Made by a program: the position numbers and the translations under genes. Below are positions 9,460 to 18,904 of a DNA stretch of 64,000 nucleotides, piece after piece (the first letter of the stretch is position 1; each line of letters starts with the position of its first letter). The DNA is from Clostridia bacterium (lineage in GTDB: Bacteria; Bacillota; Clostridia; Christensenellales; UBA1242). Below the pieces are notes generated by a model. The model did no database searches. It had not been told where the DNA came from and saw only the letters and a program-made list of their open reading frames with translations. The stretch is taken from the NCBI GenBank assembly GCA_045648025.1, contig JAZRNH010000045.1:6682-70681 (forward strand). The letters run 5' to 3'.

Positions 9460-9978
9460 TTATTCTCCATCAATTAAAATTTTATATAAATTTGCATAAA
9501 CTTCACCAGCCGAAGTATCCCATTTTTTGTAAACAGTAATTGCTTCTGCACGGTTTGCAACATTGAGTTTAAGTTCAAGTTTTGTGCTGTCTGGGTCAAT
9601 AATTTTTAATCTAACGGTATAGCTTCCGTCTGGATTTTTGTTGTAATCTTTGAAATATTCTTGATTTCTTTTGAAAACCCTTCTATTTTTTTTGATAAAA
9701 ACTCTAATGCTATCTCTGATTGAAGAAGGAACTTTGTGATAAAAGAAATTAATACAATCGCGACCCTCCTGAGTTATTTTGAAATACTCAGTGCTTCCGT
9801 TAGAACTAGAAACCAAAAACCTTGCGGTAACAAGTTCAGGCAACACTTCGGCAAGTGTCATATATGTTAGCCAATTGTTTTGGCTGCAACACATTTCGTT
9901 TAAAGTTTCTGCTGTAACAGGAATTTCCATTTGGTCAAAAACATATAATAAAATCAATTTACTAATAGTTGTGTCCAT
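9460..9978 (-). CDS. DUF4364-family protein (putative winged-helix regulator)
   Basis: N-terminal KLILLYVFDQMEIPVT pattern and ~170-aa length resemble DUF4364 proteins of Clostridia. Assigned from memory only. Confidence 0.6.
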   Translation of the reverse strand: MDTTISKLILLYVFDQMEIPVTAETLNEMCCSQNNWLTYMTLAEVLPELVTARFLVSSSNGSTEYFKITQEGRDCINFFYHKVPSSIRDSIRVFIKKNRRVFKRNQEYFKDYNKNPDGSYTVRLKIIDPDSTKLELKLNVANRAEAITVYKKWDTSAGEVYANLYKILIDGE

Positions 9979-10142
9979 AAAAAATCCTTAAAAAATATAC
10001 TGTTAATAATATATCATAGATATTAAAAAAAATAAATACTTTAATGCTAAATTTAAATTTTTTTGCAATTATTTGTTATGGGTGATTTTATTTAGTTGTT
10101 TTATTTTTAAGTGGGTGATATATTATTTATGTAGGTGAGAGT

Positions 10143-10892
10143 ATGACAAATGAAAAAAAGTTAGCCGAAATACAAGAATTTCTCTTAAGTATAAAAAATA
10201 TGCTTGAGTCTAAATATATATTAATTGATAGAAGAGTGTCTGATATTCTCAGAGCAATTGCAGACACAAATGCCGTTTATAACCTTATTGCAGAATGTAT
10301 GATTAATTTTGATTTTGCTTATGAATGGCGAAAAGCAACCGCTGGAAGTTTCTTAAAATTGCCAGATTCAGAAGCAAAAAAAGTTGCATTTATCTTTTGT
10401 TTGCTTAACAATATTGATGATAGAAAAATTGATGTTACACAGGTTTTAGAAAAATATTATTCATATGATTTGGCCTACTCGCCATACGATATGTTTTGCA
10501 AATTCGTTATTGTTGAATTTAGAAGAATAATATTGAAATTCTTGAATATTGAAATTCCAAAGCCAAGACCAACAGTTGAATTTACCGCTCCTGAAATTGA
10601 ATCAAATGAGCAAAAACCAGAAATTGATGATTTTGAAAAACTTGATATTGTTCTCAGAGATTTTGTTAAATTTTTGGGTGAACAAAAGAAACTTAAAAAT
10701 AGTTTTATGCCAAAATATGATTTGATTGCAGTTGCATCAACATTTGAACAAGTTGTTCGAAATAAGCAAGTAGAATATTTTTATGCCTTTTTGGTAACAC
10801 TAAATTCTGCTGCACCAAAAAATAAAGAAGTGAGAGCAATGCTTGCAGAAATCAACAAACTCGCAAGTTTATTAATTTCAAGAAGAAAGTAA
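10143..10892 (+). CDS. hypothetical protein (249 aa)
   Basis: Clean ORF with RBS-like GGTGAG upstream. No motif recognised. Confidence 0.5.
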   Translation: MTNEKKLAEIQEFLLSIKNMLESKYILIDRRVSDILRAIADTNAVYNLIAECMINFDFAYEWRKATAGSFLKLPDSEAKKVAFIFCLLNNIDDRKIDVTQVLEKYYSYDLAYSPYDMFCKFVIVEFRRIILKFLNIEIPKPRPTVEFTAPEIESNEQKPEIDDFEKLDIVLRDFVKFLGEQKKLKNSFMPKYDLIAVASTFEQVVRNKQVEYFYAFLVTLNSAAPKNKEVRAMLAEINKLASLLISRRK

Positions 10893-10902
10893 GGAGAATT
10901 TT

Positions 10903-11343
10903 ATGGAATATACAACATATAAAGATTATTGGTATGTCAACCTTGTTGATTTTTCTGATGATGAACTCATTGAACTTAGAAACAATCTTGATATTGAATA
11001 TGGCAAACTTGCAGAAGAGTGGGGCGAAGCTGTTGCTCATTTGGTTAATGATTTAAAAGTTGATCCATATACCTTTTGGGGAGGCAGAAAAGTTAAAAAG
11101 GTAACAAAAAAATATTCAAGTCAAACAGCTGAAATTCAAGTATTGATTGAAGACATTCATAAAGAACTTCAAAAAAGAGATAATTATAGATTTGAACAAA
11201 GTTTTATTGGTGGAAAACCTTATCATGATATGAATCTTTCAGAAAAAGAATTCTTTGAAAAAGAACAATTGAAAACTTTGAAATATAAAGAATCAATTGA
11301 TGTTGAAAGACCAGATGAAGAAGACGAAGACAATTTAATGTAA
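10903..11343 (+). CDS. hypothetical acidic protein (146 aa)
   Basis: AAGGAG RBS 8 nt upstream. Followed by a hairpin terminator at 11351-11376. No motif recognised. Confidence 0.5.
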   Translation: MEYTTYKDYWYVNLVDFSDDELIELRNNLDIEYGKLAEEWGEAVAHLVNDLKVDPYTFWGGRKVKKVTKKYSSQTAEIQVLIEDIHKELQKRDNYRFEQSFIGGKPYHDMNLSEKEFFEKEQLKTLKYKESIDVERPDEEDEDNLM

Positions 11344-11346
11344 AAT

Positions 11347-11397
11347 AAAAAAGAAGAGCATAACTCTTCTTTTTTTATTGGTAGCACCACAGGGAAT
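11347..11397. repeat. direct repeat copy A: terminator hairpin plus a 19-nt copy of the tRNA 3' end
   Basis: AAAAAAGAAGAGCATAACTCTTC-T7-ATTGGTAGCACCACAGGGAAT. Identical to 11544-11597 except for the T-run length (7 vs 9). Confidence 0.85.
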
Positions 11398-11543
11398 ACT
11401 CGCAAAAGTTTAAGCTATAAAAAAACAAATTAATTATTTAACTTTTATTTGTAATATATATTTACATTGGCTCGTGACCCTCACGATGTTCGGCTGACGA
11501 ACTTGCCAAAAATATGGCAGTTCATCTCATAGTTAGTGCAAAC

Positions 11544-11597
11544 AAAAAAAGAAGAGCATAACTCTTCTTTTTTTTTATTGGTAGCACCACAGGGAAT
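11544..11597. repeat. direct repeat copy B, overlapping the true 3' end of the tRNA
   Basis: Same ~50-nt string as 11347-11397. Here it continues into a complete tRNA. Confidence 0.85.
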
Positions 11598-11653
11598 CGA
11601 ACCCTGCTCCCAAGCGTGAGAGGCTTGTGTCCTAACCGATAGACTATGATGCC
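11579..11653 (-). tRNA. tRNA, probably tRNA-Glu (anticodon CUC), with encoded CCA
   Basis: The reverse complement folds as a cloverleaf. Acceptor stem is GGCATCA/TGGTGCT. D arm is GTCT..AGGA, as in bacterial tRNA-Glu. Anticodon stem CAAGC/GCTTG carries the loop CTCTCAC. T arm is CAGGG-TTCGATT-CCCTG, then A-CCA. Confidence 0.8.
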
Positions 11654-11780
11654 ATATTTCTTAACAAGGGAATTATAACACAGTAAACTAAAATTTGCAA
11701 TAAAAATTTTTAAAAACAGATAACTTTTATTAACGACAAATTTGCTTGATGTGTTATACTATTTTCATAAGGAAGGTATT

Positions 11781-12467
11781 ATGAAAAGAGTTATTTGTGT
11801 TACTGGTGCAAGTGATGGTTTGGGCAAGGCAATAGTGGAACATTTTAGCAAAAAAGATTATGTTTTTGCAATTGCAAGAAACAAAACAATGCTTGAAAAA
11901 TTATCAAAGGAAACAGGTTGTGGATACTTTGTTGCAGATGTTACAAAACCTGCCGAGCTTGAAACTGTTATGTCACACATAATATCCGATAAAAACAGGA
12001 TTGATGTGCTTATAAACAGTGCTGGAAGCCTTGTTGATGGTGAACTTTTAAACTGTGATTATGATGAAATTAAAACAGTTATAGATACAAATTTGACTGG
12101 TTTAATCAATTCAACAAAAGCTGTTGTGCCATATATGAAAAAGCAAAATCAAGGCACAATTTTGAATATCAATTCTCAAGCGGGATTTGGAGCTCTTGCT
12201 GAAAAGTCTATCTATAATGCTTCAAAGTGGGGTGTTAGAGGATTTTCAAAATGTATTCAACCTGAACTTTCAAAATATGGTATTAGAGTAACAGATGTTT
12301 TTCCTGGAAGAATGCAAACGGGTATGTTTGAAAAAATTGGGCAAAAAAGAGATATGAATTTTGCAGTTAGAATGACAGATATGATTAAGCTTATTGAATT
12401 TGTTTTGGATATGCCAAAAGATATGGTTATTCCTGAAATTGGAATTAAACACATAAACAACAACTAG
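11781..12467 (+). CDS. short-chain dehydrogenase/reductase (SDR) family oxidoreductase
   Basis: TGASDGLGKA (TGxxxGxG), NSAG and YNASK (YxxxK) motifs. The ATG at 11781 follows an AAGGAAGG RBS, so the upstream extension in the ORF track is unlikely. Confidence 0.8.
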   Translation: MKRVICVTGASDGLGKAIVEHFSKKDYVFAIARNKTMLEKLSKETGCGYFVADVTKPAELETVMSHIISDKNRIDVLINSAGSLVDGELLNCDYDEIKTVIDTNLTGLINSTKAVVPYMKKQNQGTILNINSQAGFGALAEKSIYNASKWGVRGFSKCIQPELSKYGIRVTDVFPGRMQTGMFEKIGQKRDMNFAVRMTDMIKLIEFVLDMPKDMVIPEIGIKHINNN

Positions 12468-12488
12468 ATATTTACTAAGGAGAATTTT

Positions 12489-13877
12489 ATGAGCAGAGCA
12501 ATAGATATTTTTAAAGAGATTTTGGCTATTCCTAGACCGTCAGGAAAGGAAGAAAAAATTGCAGATTATTTGGTTAAATTTGCAAAAAACAATAATCTTG
12601 AATATTTTAGAGATGCAAAAAACAATGTAATCATAAAAAAGAATAATGGCAGCAATAAAACTATAATTTTGCAAGGTCATACAGATATGGTTTGTGTGGC
12701 AGATAAAATGGTTGTTCATAACTTTAATGAGCAAGGTATTAATTACTTTGAAGAAGATGATTTTATAAAAGCTCAAGGAACCACACTTGGTGCAGATAAT
12801 GGAGTTGGTGTTTCAATTATCTTATCTTTGCTTTTGGAAGATTATCAAGGAATGATTCCAAACATTGAAGCGGTTTTCACAGTGCAAGAAGAAACAACTA
12901 TGGAAGGTGCAAAATCGCTCGATTATTCTAAACTTGAAGGAAAAGCCTTGCTTAGTTTAGATGGTGACAGAGAGGGTGTTTTAGAGGTTTCTAGTGCAGG
13001 AATAGCTGACATTTTGTTTGAAAAGAAACTCAAAGAAATCAAGCAGCCAAAAGATACTTTTGTTTATTCAGTTGAAGTTTCAAATCTTGCAGGCGGACAT
13101 TCTGGCGAAGATATCAATAAAAATAGGTTAAATGCCATTGATATTTTAGGAAGAATTTTAAAAGAGATTAACCCTATTGGAATTATTTCAATTTTTGGTG
13201 GGGAGAGAAGTAATGTTATTCCAAGCACCGCTGTTTGTGAATTTGTTACAGAAAAAAGTATGGGCGAAGTAAGTTTTATTTGTAGCAAATTCAGAGAACT
13301 TTCAGAAGAAAATGACAATCATCCAACAATTTTTGTGAGCAAACTTGAAGATAAAGAGTGGGTGATTTATGACGAAGATGAAGTTGTTAGTTTTATTAAC
13401 AACTTTGAACATGGTGTGCTTAGATTTATTGATGGAAATTGTCCAATAACATCTGAAAATATGGGTATTTTAAGACTTTCTGACGGAGTTTTGTCGGTTA
13501 GGGCATCTGTTAGAAGCTCTGATAAAAATGACGAGGACAAACAGTTAAAAGTGCTTTCTGCTCTTGGCAAAATCCATGGTTTTTCATTTGAAATTTTGTG
13601 TCAAAATCCATTTTTTGAGTGCAAGGGTAGTTCTATTTTAAGAGATGCATTAAAGGATTCTTATAAAAAACTTTATCAAAAAACCGTTATTGAAAAACAC
13701 ATTCATGCCGGTCTTGAAGGTGGTGTTTTTGCAGAAAATATTGAAGGACTTGATGTTTGTGTTGCAGCAGCAGATATTTTTGATTTACATTCAACAAAAG
13801 AAAGAGCATCAATCAGCTCAATAAACAGAACATATGATTGGATTTTAAGTTCATTGATGGATTATGAAGGAAGATAA
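12489..13877 (+). CDS. pepD: aminoacyl-histidine dipeptidase (M20C, PepD-like)
   Basis: IPRPSGKEEKIADYL start, and metal-ligand blocks LQGHTDMV, GADNGVG and VQEETTMEGA. About 460 aa. Confidence 0.8.
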   Translation: MSRAIDIFKEILAIPRPSGKEEKIADYLVKFAKNNNLEYFRDAKNNVIIKKNNGSNKTIILQGHTDMVCVADKMVVHNFNEQGINYFEEDDFIKAQGTTLGADNGVGVSIILSLLLEDYQGMIPNIEAVFTVQEETTMEGAKSLDYSKLEGKALLSLDGDREGVLEVSSAGIADILFEKKLKEIKQPKDTFVYSVEVSNLAGGHSGEDINKNRLNAIDILGRILKEINPIGIISIFGGERSNVIPSTAVCEFVTEKSMGEVSFICSKFRELSEENDNHPTIFVSKLEDKEWVIYDEDEVVSFINNFEHGVLRFIDGNCPITSENMGILRLSDGVLSVRASVRSSDKNDEDKQLKVLSALGKIHGFSFEILCQNPFFECKGSSILRDALKDSYKKLYQKTVIEKHIHAGLEGGVFAENIEGLDVCVAAADIFDLHSTKERASISSINRTYDWILSSLMDYEGR

Positions 13878-13879
13878 TT

Positions 13880-14590
13880 ATGATAAAAGCGGTATTGTTT
13901 GATTTAGATGGAACTTTGGTTCCACTTAAAGATGATGAGTTTATTAAGGCATATTTTGGTTTGCTTTGCAAAAAACTTATGCCTTTTGGCTATGAGAAAG
14001 ATTTGCTTGTAAAAACCGTTTTAGAAGGCGATAAACTTATGAGATTAAATGATGGCAAACAAACAAATGAAGTTGTGTTTTGGAATCATATGGCAGAAGT
14101 TTATGGTGAAGAAAAAAGAGCAGACGAACAAATTTTTCATGAATTTTATTTAAATGAATTCAAGCAAGTTCAAGTTGTTGCCGGTCAAAATGATAAAGCC
14201 AGAGAAGTGATTGATTTTTGCAAGAGCAAAGGATTAAAGGTGATTGTTGCAACCAGCCCAGTTTTTCCAGTTGAAGCAATGGTTGCCAGACTTGGCTTTG
14301 TTGGTCTTAAAGAAAATGACTTTGATTATATAACCAGTTATAAAACCTGTTCATATTCAAAACCAAATCCTAAATTTTATGAAGAGATTTTAACAAAAAA
14401 TGGTTTGTCTGCTGACGAAGTTTTATATTTTGGTAATAGTGAAAAAGATGACGGAACACCTGCAACCGCTGTTGGAATTAAATCGTTTATGGTGGGAAAT
14501 CAAATTATTGTTGATGAAAACAATCCAAATAAGTTTAAGCACTATGAATTTGATGAAATAATTGGCATTATTAATGAAAATATAAAGTAA
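13880..14590 (+). CDS. HAD-superfamily hydrolase
   Basis: Motif I LFDLDGTLV at the N-terminus and motif III-like GNSEKDD. Starts 2 nt after the pepD stop. Confidence 0.75.
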   Translation: MIKAVLFDLDGTLVPLKDDEFIKAYFGLLCKKLMPFGYEKDLLVKTVLEGDKLMRLNDGKQTNEVVFWNHMAEVYGEEKRADEQIFHEFYLNEFKQVQVVAGQNDKAREVIDFCKSKGLKVIVATSPVFPVEAMVARLGFVGLKENDFDYITSYKTCSYSKPNPKFYEEILTKNGLSADEVLYFGNSEKDDGTPATAVGIKSFMVGNQIIVDENNPNKFKHYEFDEIIGIINENIK

Positions 14591-14694
14591 CAAAATTAAT
14601 AAAATTGAAACAATTTTCTGCTAATAGATAAAATTATTTTGAATTGATTATTGTTAAGATTATAATTTAACTATGTTATTTTAAGGAGAACCTT

Positions 14695-15582
14695 ATGAAA
14701 AAATTTGCAGTTTCTGCTGATTCAACATGTGATTTATATAAACAAGAAGTTGAAGAACTTAATGTGTATGTTGGAAGACTTAATTTTGTTGTTGAACAAG
14801 GCAAAGAAACAGAAGAATTTTTAGACGATTTTAACAGTTATGATGAATATGTTGAATTTTATAAAAAACTCAGAAATGGTGCAGTTGCAAGAACCAGTAT
14901 TTTAAATTTACAAGCACACATTGATTTGTTTACAAAAATGGCGGAAGATGGAGTTAAATCAGCGGTGCATTTTTCACAGTCAAAAGGTCTTAGCCCAACA
15001 ATTGACAATGCAAACAAGGCGATTGAAATTGTAAAAGAAAAATATCCTGATATTGATTATTTGACTGTTGAAACCAACACAACAACTGTGGCAGAAGGTA
15101 TGCTTGTTAAACTTGCTTGTAAACTTAGAGATGAGGGTAAAACTGCTGCTGAAACCAAAGAGATTATTGAAAATGAAAAGAATCATATTCAACATTTCAT
15201 CTTGGTTGATGATCTTATGTATTTGAAAAGAGGCGGAAGAATAAGCACTGTTTCTGCTGCTTTTGGAACTCTTTTAAATATTAAACCGATTATTGAGTTT
15301 ACCAAAGCTGGAAAACTTGAAGTTGTTAGAAAAGAAAAAGGAACAAAAAAGGCATTAAAATCAATAGTTTCAGAATTTGGAAATTTTTCAAAGAGTGAAA
15401 ATTTTGATATTGTTATTGTGCATACTGACAATTTGCCACTTGCAGAAAATCTTCAACAAATGCTTGAAGAAGAATATAATGTTAAACCGGAAATTAGAAT
15501 TATGGGACCTATCATTGGTGCTCATGTTGGTCCAAATGCAGTTGCTTACACATTTATTAGTAACGAAGAAAGACCATATTAA
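14695..15582 (+). CDS. DegV-family fatty-acid-binding protein
   Basis: N-terminal ADSTCDL, LKRGGRIS and GPIIGAHVGP motifs typical of DegV. Confidence 0.85.
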   Translation: MKKFAVSADSTCDLYKQEVEELNVYVGRLNFVVEQGKETEEFLDDFNSYDEYVEFYKKLRNGAVARTSILNLQAHIDLFTKMAEDGVKSAVHFSQSKGLSPTIDNANKAIEIVKEKYPDIDYLTVETNTTTVAEGMLVKLACKLRDEGKTAAETKEIIENEKNHIQHFILVDDLMYLKRGGRISTVSAAFGTLLNIKPIIEFTKAGKLEVVRKEKGTKKALKSIVSEFGNFSKSENFDIVIVHTDNLPLAENLQQMLEEEYNVKPEIRIMGPIIGAHVGPNAVAYTFISNEERPY

Positions 15583-15630
15583 TTTTATTTTTGCAAAACA
15601 AAAAGACCTATTGTTTAGGTCTTTTTTATA

Positions 15631-16179
15631 TTACTTTGAAATTGATTTTTTATATTCTGCAATATAAGATTTAATTTCTTTGCAGGTTTCATATGGCATT
15701 TCAATATGTCCAAATTTGTAAGCTGAAGAATATTTTCCTTCAACAACAGGACTTGCTGCACTTCCAAATGTTACTGAACCAGTGTTCTTTTTAACAATTT
15801 TGTCAATAAGGCTAACATAAACATCTACAACACCAATCATACTCATATCAAGGCTTTTATAATCAATACCAAAAATGCCAGTTCTAATAATGATTCTTTT
15901 ATTTGAATATGCAAAGTAAACATTTTTGTAATAAATGTGGGTGAGTGCAAAAACAACAAGCATTACAGCAATATAAATTCCTATTGGGATAAGAACAAGA
16001 ATAGGATTTGCATCAGTTTCTGTATCAAATAAAATTCCAAAAATTGAAACAATAACAAAAAATGCCATTGCAAGAGTATAACTAACAAATGTTGATATAA
16101 ATAATTTTGTTTTGTTTGGCTTATAAACTTTAACGATTTTTTCATCGTCGTCTAAAACTTTTGAGAATAATTCTTCCAT
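15631..16179 (-). CDS. membrane protein with bacterial PH domain (YdbS/YdbT-like)
   Basis: Two TM helices flanked by PH-like segments (EKIVKVYKPNK...; RIIIRTGIFGIDYKSLDM). Shares a bidirectional hairpin terminator (~15600-15627) with degV. Confidence 0.6.
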   Translation of the reverse strand: MEELFSKVLDDDEKIVKVYKPNKTKLFISTFVSYTLAMAFFVIVSIFGILFDTETDANPILVLIPIGIYIAVMLVVFALTHIYYKNVYFAYSNKRIIIRTGIFGIDYKSLDMSMIGVVDVYVSLIDKIVKKNTGSVTFGSAASPVVEGKYSSAYKFGHIEMPYETCKEIKSYIAEYKKSISK

Positions 16180-16310
16180 AAAACCCTCCTTAAAACTAAT
16201 ATTACTATATCAAAAACAGAGTCATTTTTCAAATATATTAACCAAAATGTTAAAATATAATGACAAATTCAAGATTTTTGTAGAATTTTGTTATATAATG
16301 TTTTTATTAT

Positions 16311-17852
16311 ATGAAAAAGATAATAAATTTTAGACCTTTTTTAATTTTGATGTTGTGCCTAATGCTTTCAATTGTGTTTGGGACAATGGTTTTGCATACA
16401 AAAAATTTGAAAATGGTTTTTATTGTGTTTTTCTCATTATGTTTGATTTGCAGCATTGTGCTTTGTTTTATCTTTAAGAGAAAGTTTTTAATTTTTATTT
16501 CAATTTGTTTGCTGGTTTCAATTATTCCACTTATTCAAATATATGCAAAGACAAGTGAATTGAATAAGCTTCGTGGTTATGCTGGTGTGGATATTGTTGT
16601 TAGTGGCAGAATTTCTGACAATTACAAAATAACAAGCGGTGGCAGTTTAAATATTGTTTTAGATTCTGTTGAAATTATTGGAGCCGATTTCAAAGTTAAA
16701 ACAAAAGGAAAGGTTTCAGTTTATACAAATCCAAACAACTTTAACTTAGAAGATTTTTCAATCGGCAGATTTGTGTCTGTTATGGGAAAACTTTCAGTTT
16801 ATGATTTAGAAGATATTCAAGATTATACAATGTTTAACTTGTCAAAAGATATAAATTCTTCGGTTTATGTGAACTATTCAAAGTTTATTTTGAAAGATAA
16901 AACTAACATTATGCCAGATGAATTTGTGAGGGCAACCGTCTTAAATAAAATTGAATCAGAAGATATTGAATATGGTGATGTTGGTTATGCAATGCTCTTT
17001 GGTGAATCTATGTTGCTTGAACAAGATATTCTTGAAGCATTTAGAACAACGGGAATCGCACACTTACTTGCTGTTAGTGGACTTCATGTATCAATTATTG
17101 CTGCAATTATTAGCTTTGTGTTAAAAAGAGCAAAAGTTTCAAATGTTTTTAATTTGATAATAATGACAGTGTTATTATCGATTTATAGTTATCTATGCAA
17201 CTTTTCTGTTTCTGTTGTCAGAGCAAGTTTAATGATGATAATGTATTTGTATTTAAAGGTTAGGGGAAAGTGTTATGACAGATTGTCAGCATTGTCACTT
17301 TCTGCGATTATAATATTGCTTACGAATCCTCTAAATTTGTTTAGTGTATCATTTATTCTTAGCTTTATGGCTGTGTTTTCTATAACAGTATTGGCAAAAA
17401 CTTTAGAAAAATTGTTTAGTTGTTTTATGAAGAAAAAGGCGGCGACAGCACTTTCGATTGTGTTTGCAGTGCAGGTTGGATTGATTTTTATTCAATTGTA
17501 TTTTTTCAAAAAATATACAATTTTAAGTTTGGTTTATAACCTAATTGCGATTCCTGTTGCAACGATTGCATTTGAAGTTTTCATTGTTACATTGCTACTT
17601 TCTTCACTATTACCATTTTTGTCAGTATTCTTTAAAATATTTGAACTATTAATGGGACTTGTTGTTAAATTTGTTTATACCGTTTCAAAAATCGGACTAA
17701 TGATTTCGATTAACAATCTTAATTTTTGGATAGTGTTGCTCGGAATTGCAATAATGATAACGGCAAGTAATTTTATATTTGCCAAAAAAAGATATAAGGC
17801 AGTGGGTGTTTCACTGTTTATGTTAATTGGCGGAATTTTGCTGTTTGTGTGA
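16311..17852 (+). CDS. comEC: ComEC/Rec2-family DNA internalisation channel protein, short form
   Basis: Competence-domain motif GIAHLLAVSGLHVSII and many TM helices. Conserved comEC-holA order. Only 513 aa, so no room for the C-terminal metallo-beta-lactamase domain. Ends with TGA. Confidence 0.75.
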   Translation: MKKIINFRPFLILMLCLMLSIVFGTMVLHTKNLKMVFIVFFSLCLICSIVLCFIFKRKFLIFISICLLVSIIPLIQIYAKTSELNKLRGYAGVDIVVSGRISDNYKITSGGSLNIVLDSVEIIGADFKVKTKGKVSVYTNPNNFNLEDFSIGRFVSVMGKLSVYDLEDIQDYTMFNLSKDINSSVYVNYSKFILKDKTNIMPDEFVRATVLNKIESEDIEYGDVGYAMLFGESMLLEQDILEAFRTTGIAHLLAVSGLHVSIIAAIISFVLKRAKVSNVFNLIIMTVLLSIYSYLCNFSVSVVRASLMMIMYLYLKVRGKCYDRLSALSLSAIIILLTNPLNLFSVSFILSFMAVFSITVLAKTLEKLFSCFMKKKAATALSIVFAVQVGLIFIQLYFFKKYTILSLVYNLIAIPVATIAFEVFIVTLLLSSLLPFLSVFFKIFELLMGLVVKFVYTVSKIGLMISINNLNFWIVLLGIAIMITASNFIFAKKRYKAVGVSLFMLIGGILLFV

Positions 17853-17925
17853 TGTTAAAACAAAAAGAAACTAGACAAACAATTTGTTGTTTGATATAAT
17901 AAAACTGCTTGGAGCTAGAAAAAAA

Positions 17926-18903
17926 GTGAAATATGTTGAATTAAAGACAAGTTTAAAAAATAAAGTAGAAAATGCCTATTTGATTTTTGGTGATGATAGG
18001 TATTTGTGTTATGATGCTTTAAAAAAGATTGAGGACTCACTTTCACTTACCATCAAAGATATGAACTCTGTTGTTATATCAGGGGATAGCACCACAGCAA
18101 AAGATATTGTTGATTCTGCAAACCTTTATCCTTTTGGAGATTTGAACAGGCTTGTGGTTGTTAAAGATTTTGCACCAACAAAAAATAAAGAAGAATATAA
18201 AACAATAGAGGCTTATTTGAAAGCTCCTCAAACATCAACAGTTTTGGTGTTTTTTAACCCAGATTCTTCTGATTTTTTCAAAGGTATGTCTAACATAACA
18301 CCTGTAGATTGTGGAAAAATCGGCATTCAGGTTATTTCTGCATTTGTTAAAAATCATTTAGCAAAAAATGAAATCAGTGCAACAGAAACGGCAATTCAAG
18401 ACCTTATTTTGTTCTGTGACAGTGATATGTCTAGAATTACAAATGAACTTGAAAAGTTGTCAGCTTATGTTGCAGACACAAAAGTTTTGACAGAAGAAGT
18501 TGTTCATGATTTTGTTGTTCAAGACAAAGAATATCAAGTTTTTGAACTTGCGGAGTTTATTGCAAAAGGTGAAGGCAAAAAAGCAATTGACCTAGTTGAT
18601 AGTTTTATGATAAAATCAGGCACAGCTTTTACTATTTTGTCTCCATTATTCAACAATTATAGAAGGGCACTTTTTGTGTCTATTAACAAAGATAAAACAA
18701 CTGCAGAAATTGCAGGGCTTTTGGGCATTAAAGAATTTGCTGTAAAAATGCTTAAAAATCAAGTAAATTCATTTTCTTCTAAAGATTTGAAGAAAATTGT
18801 TGATATGATTGCAGAATATGATAAAAAAATTAAAATAGGTGAAATAAAAGAAAATGTTGCAATAAAAACTATTGTAAACAATATACTAAATTTAAGAGGA
18901 TAA
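17926..18903 (+). CDS. holA: DNA polymerase III delta subunit
   Basis: N-terminus KYVELK...AYLIFGDDRYL plus length and position after comEC. GGAG at 17911 favours the GTG at 17926. The ORF is open from the TTG at 17884, so the start is uncertain. Confidence 0.7.
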   Translation: MKYVELKTSLKNKVENAYLIFGDDRYLCYDALKKIEDSLSLTIKDMNSVVISGDSTTAKDIVDSANLYPFGDLNRLVVVKDFAPTKNKEEYKTIEAYLKAPQTSTVLVFFNPDSSDFFKGMSNITPVDCGKIGIQVISAFVKNHLAKNEISATETAIQDLILFCDSDMSRITNELEKLSAYVADTKVLTEEVVHDFVVQDKEYQVFELAEFIAKGEGKKAIDLVDSFMIKSGTAFTILSPLFNNYRRALFVSINKDKTTAEIAGLLGIKEFAVKMLKNQVNSFSSKDLKKIVDMIAEYDKKIKIGEIKENVAIKTIVNNILNLRG

Positions 18904-18904
18904 A

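Noticed and set aside
11398-11543. Possible small RNA or peptide in the 146-bp spacer between the tRNA-end repeats (hairpin GAACTTGCCA..TGGCAGTTC)
   Set aside because: Only an imperfect short hairpin and ORFs of 14 codons or fewer. There is no promoter/terminator pair I can support. Kept only as part of the repeat finding.
17850-17852. Mycoplasma/Spiroplasma-type genetic code 4 (TGA = Trp), considered because of the AT-rich, minimal T4SS context
   Set aside because: comEC terminates at TGA with the next gene's RBS following. All long ORFs are intact under the standard code, and Trp is consistently TGG. Code 11 fits.
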